Shown here: positions 24,609 to 24,613 of the stretch, piece after piece
How positions within the stretch are numbered: position 1 is the first letter of the stretch
Layout: the number at the start of each line of letters is the position of its first letter
DNA from: a bacterium (Candidatus Ratteibacteria) CG_4_9_14_3_um_filter_41_21
GTDB taxonomy: Bacteria; Ratteibacteria; UBA8468
Length of the DNA stretch: 24,613 nucleotides
Direction of reading: 5' to 3'
Assembly: GCA_002791075.1 (NCBI GenBank)
Contig: PFWI01000051.1
Coordinates: 1 to 24,613 of the forward strand
Notes under the pieces: generated by a model
Told to the model about the DNA's origin: nothing
What the model saw: the letters and a program-made list of their open reading frames with translations, nothing else
The model's database searches: none
Made by a program: the position numbers and the translations under genes

Positions 24609-24613
24609 GTTGA

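Overview
A bacterial, diderm-type chromosomal segment, mostly housekeeping genes. The + strand carries two LysM proteins, phoH-ybeY-DUF502-recO, a two-subunit Fe-S fumarate/tartrate hydro-lyase, a ThyA-family synthase, miaA, apgM, folK-panC...panD-lnt and a short rnc. The - strand carries rpmH-yidD-yidC (no rnpA), a YdbH/YdbL-like envelope pair, lemA, a TPM protein, a nucleotidyltransferase and a Zn-ribbon protein. An M23 peptidase gene lies on + at 18.2-19.4 kb. The standout is a ~3.6 kb insert between panC and panD that looks like a non-canonical integron. It has a tyrosine recombinase with intact catalytic residues but no IntI-specific insertion and an extra N-terminal module. A co-oriented 1,900-bp gene cassette follows (DNA methyltransferase plus restriction endonuclease), bounded by GTTAT cores, with 22/23-complementary ends and an attC-like hairpin. 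Removing the cassette in silico restores a palindromic target site. Intergenic regions and some gene ends hold several families of small palindromic repeats: a nested cluster, a 99-bp inverted duplicate, a MITE with a 6-bp target duplication, and an in-frame palindrome inside the integrase. No rRNA, tRNA or CRISPR array was seen. Family calls come from motif recognition by eye; no database searches were run.
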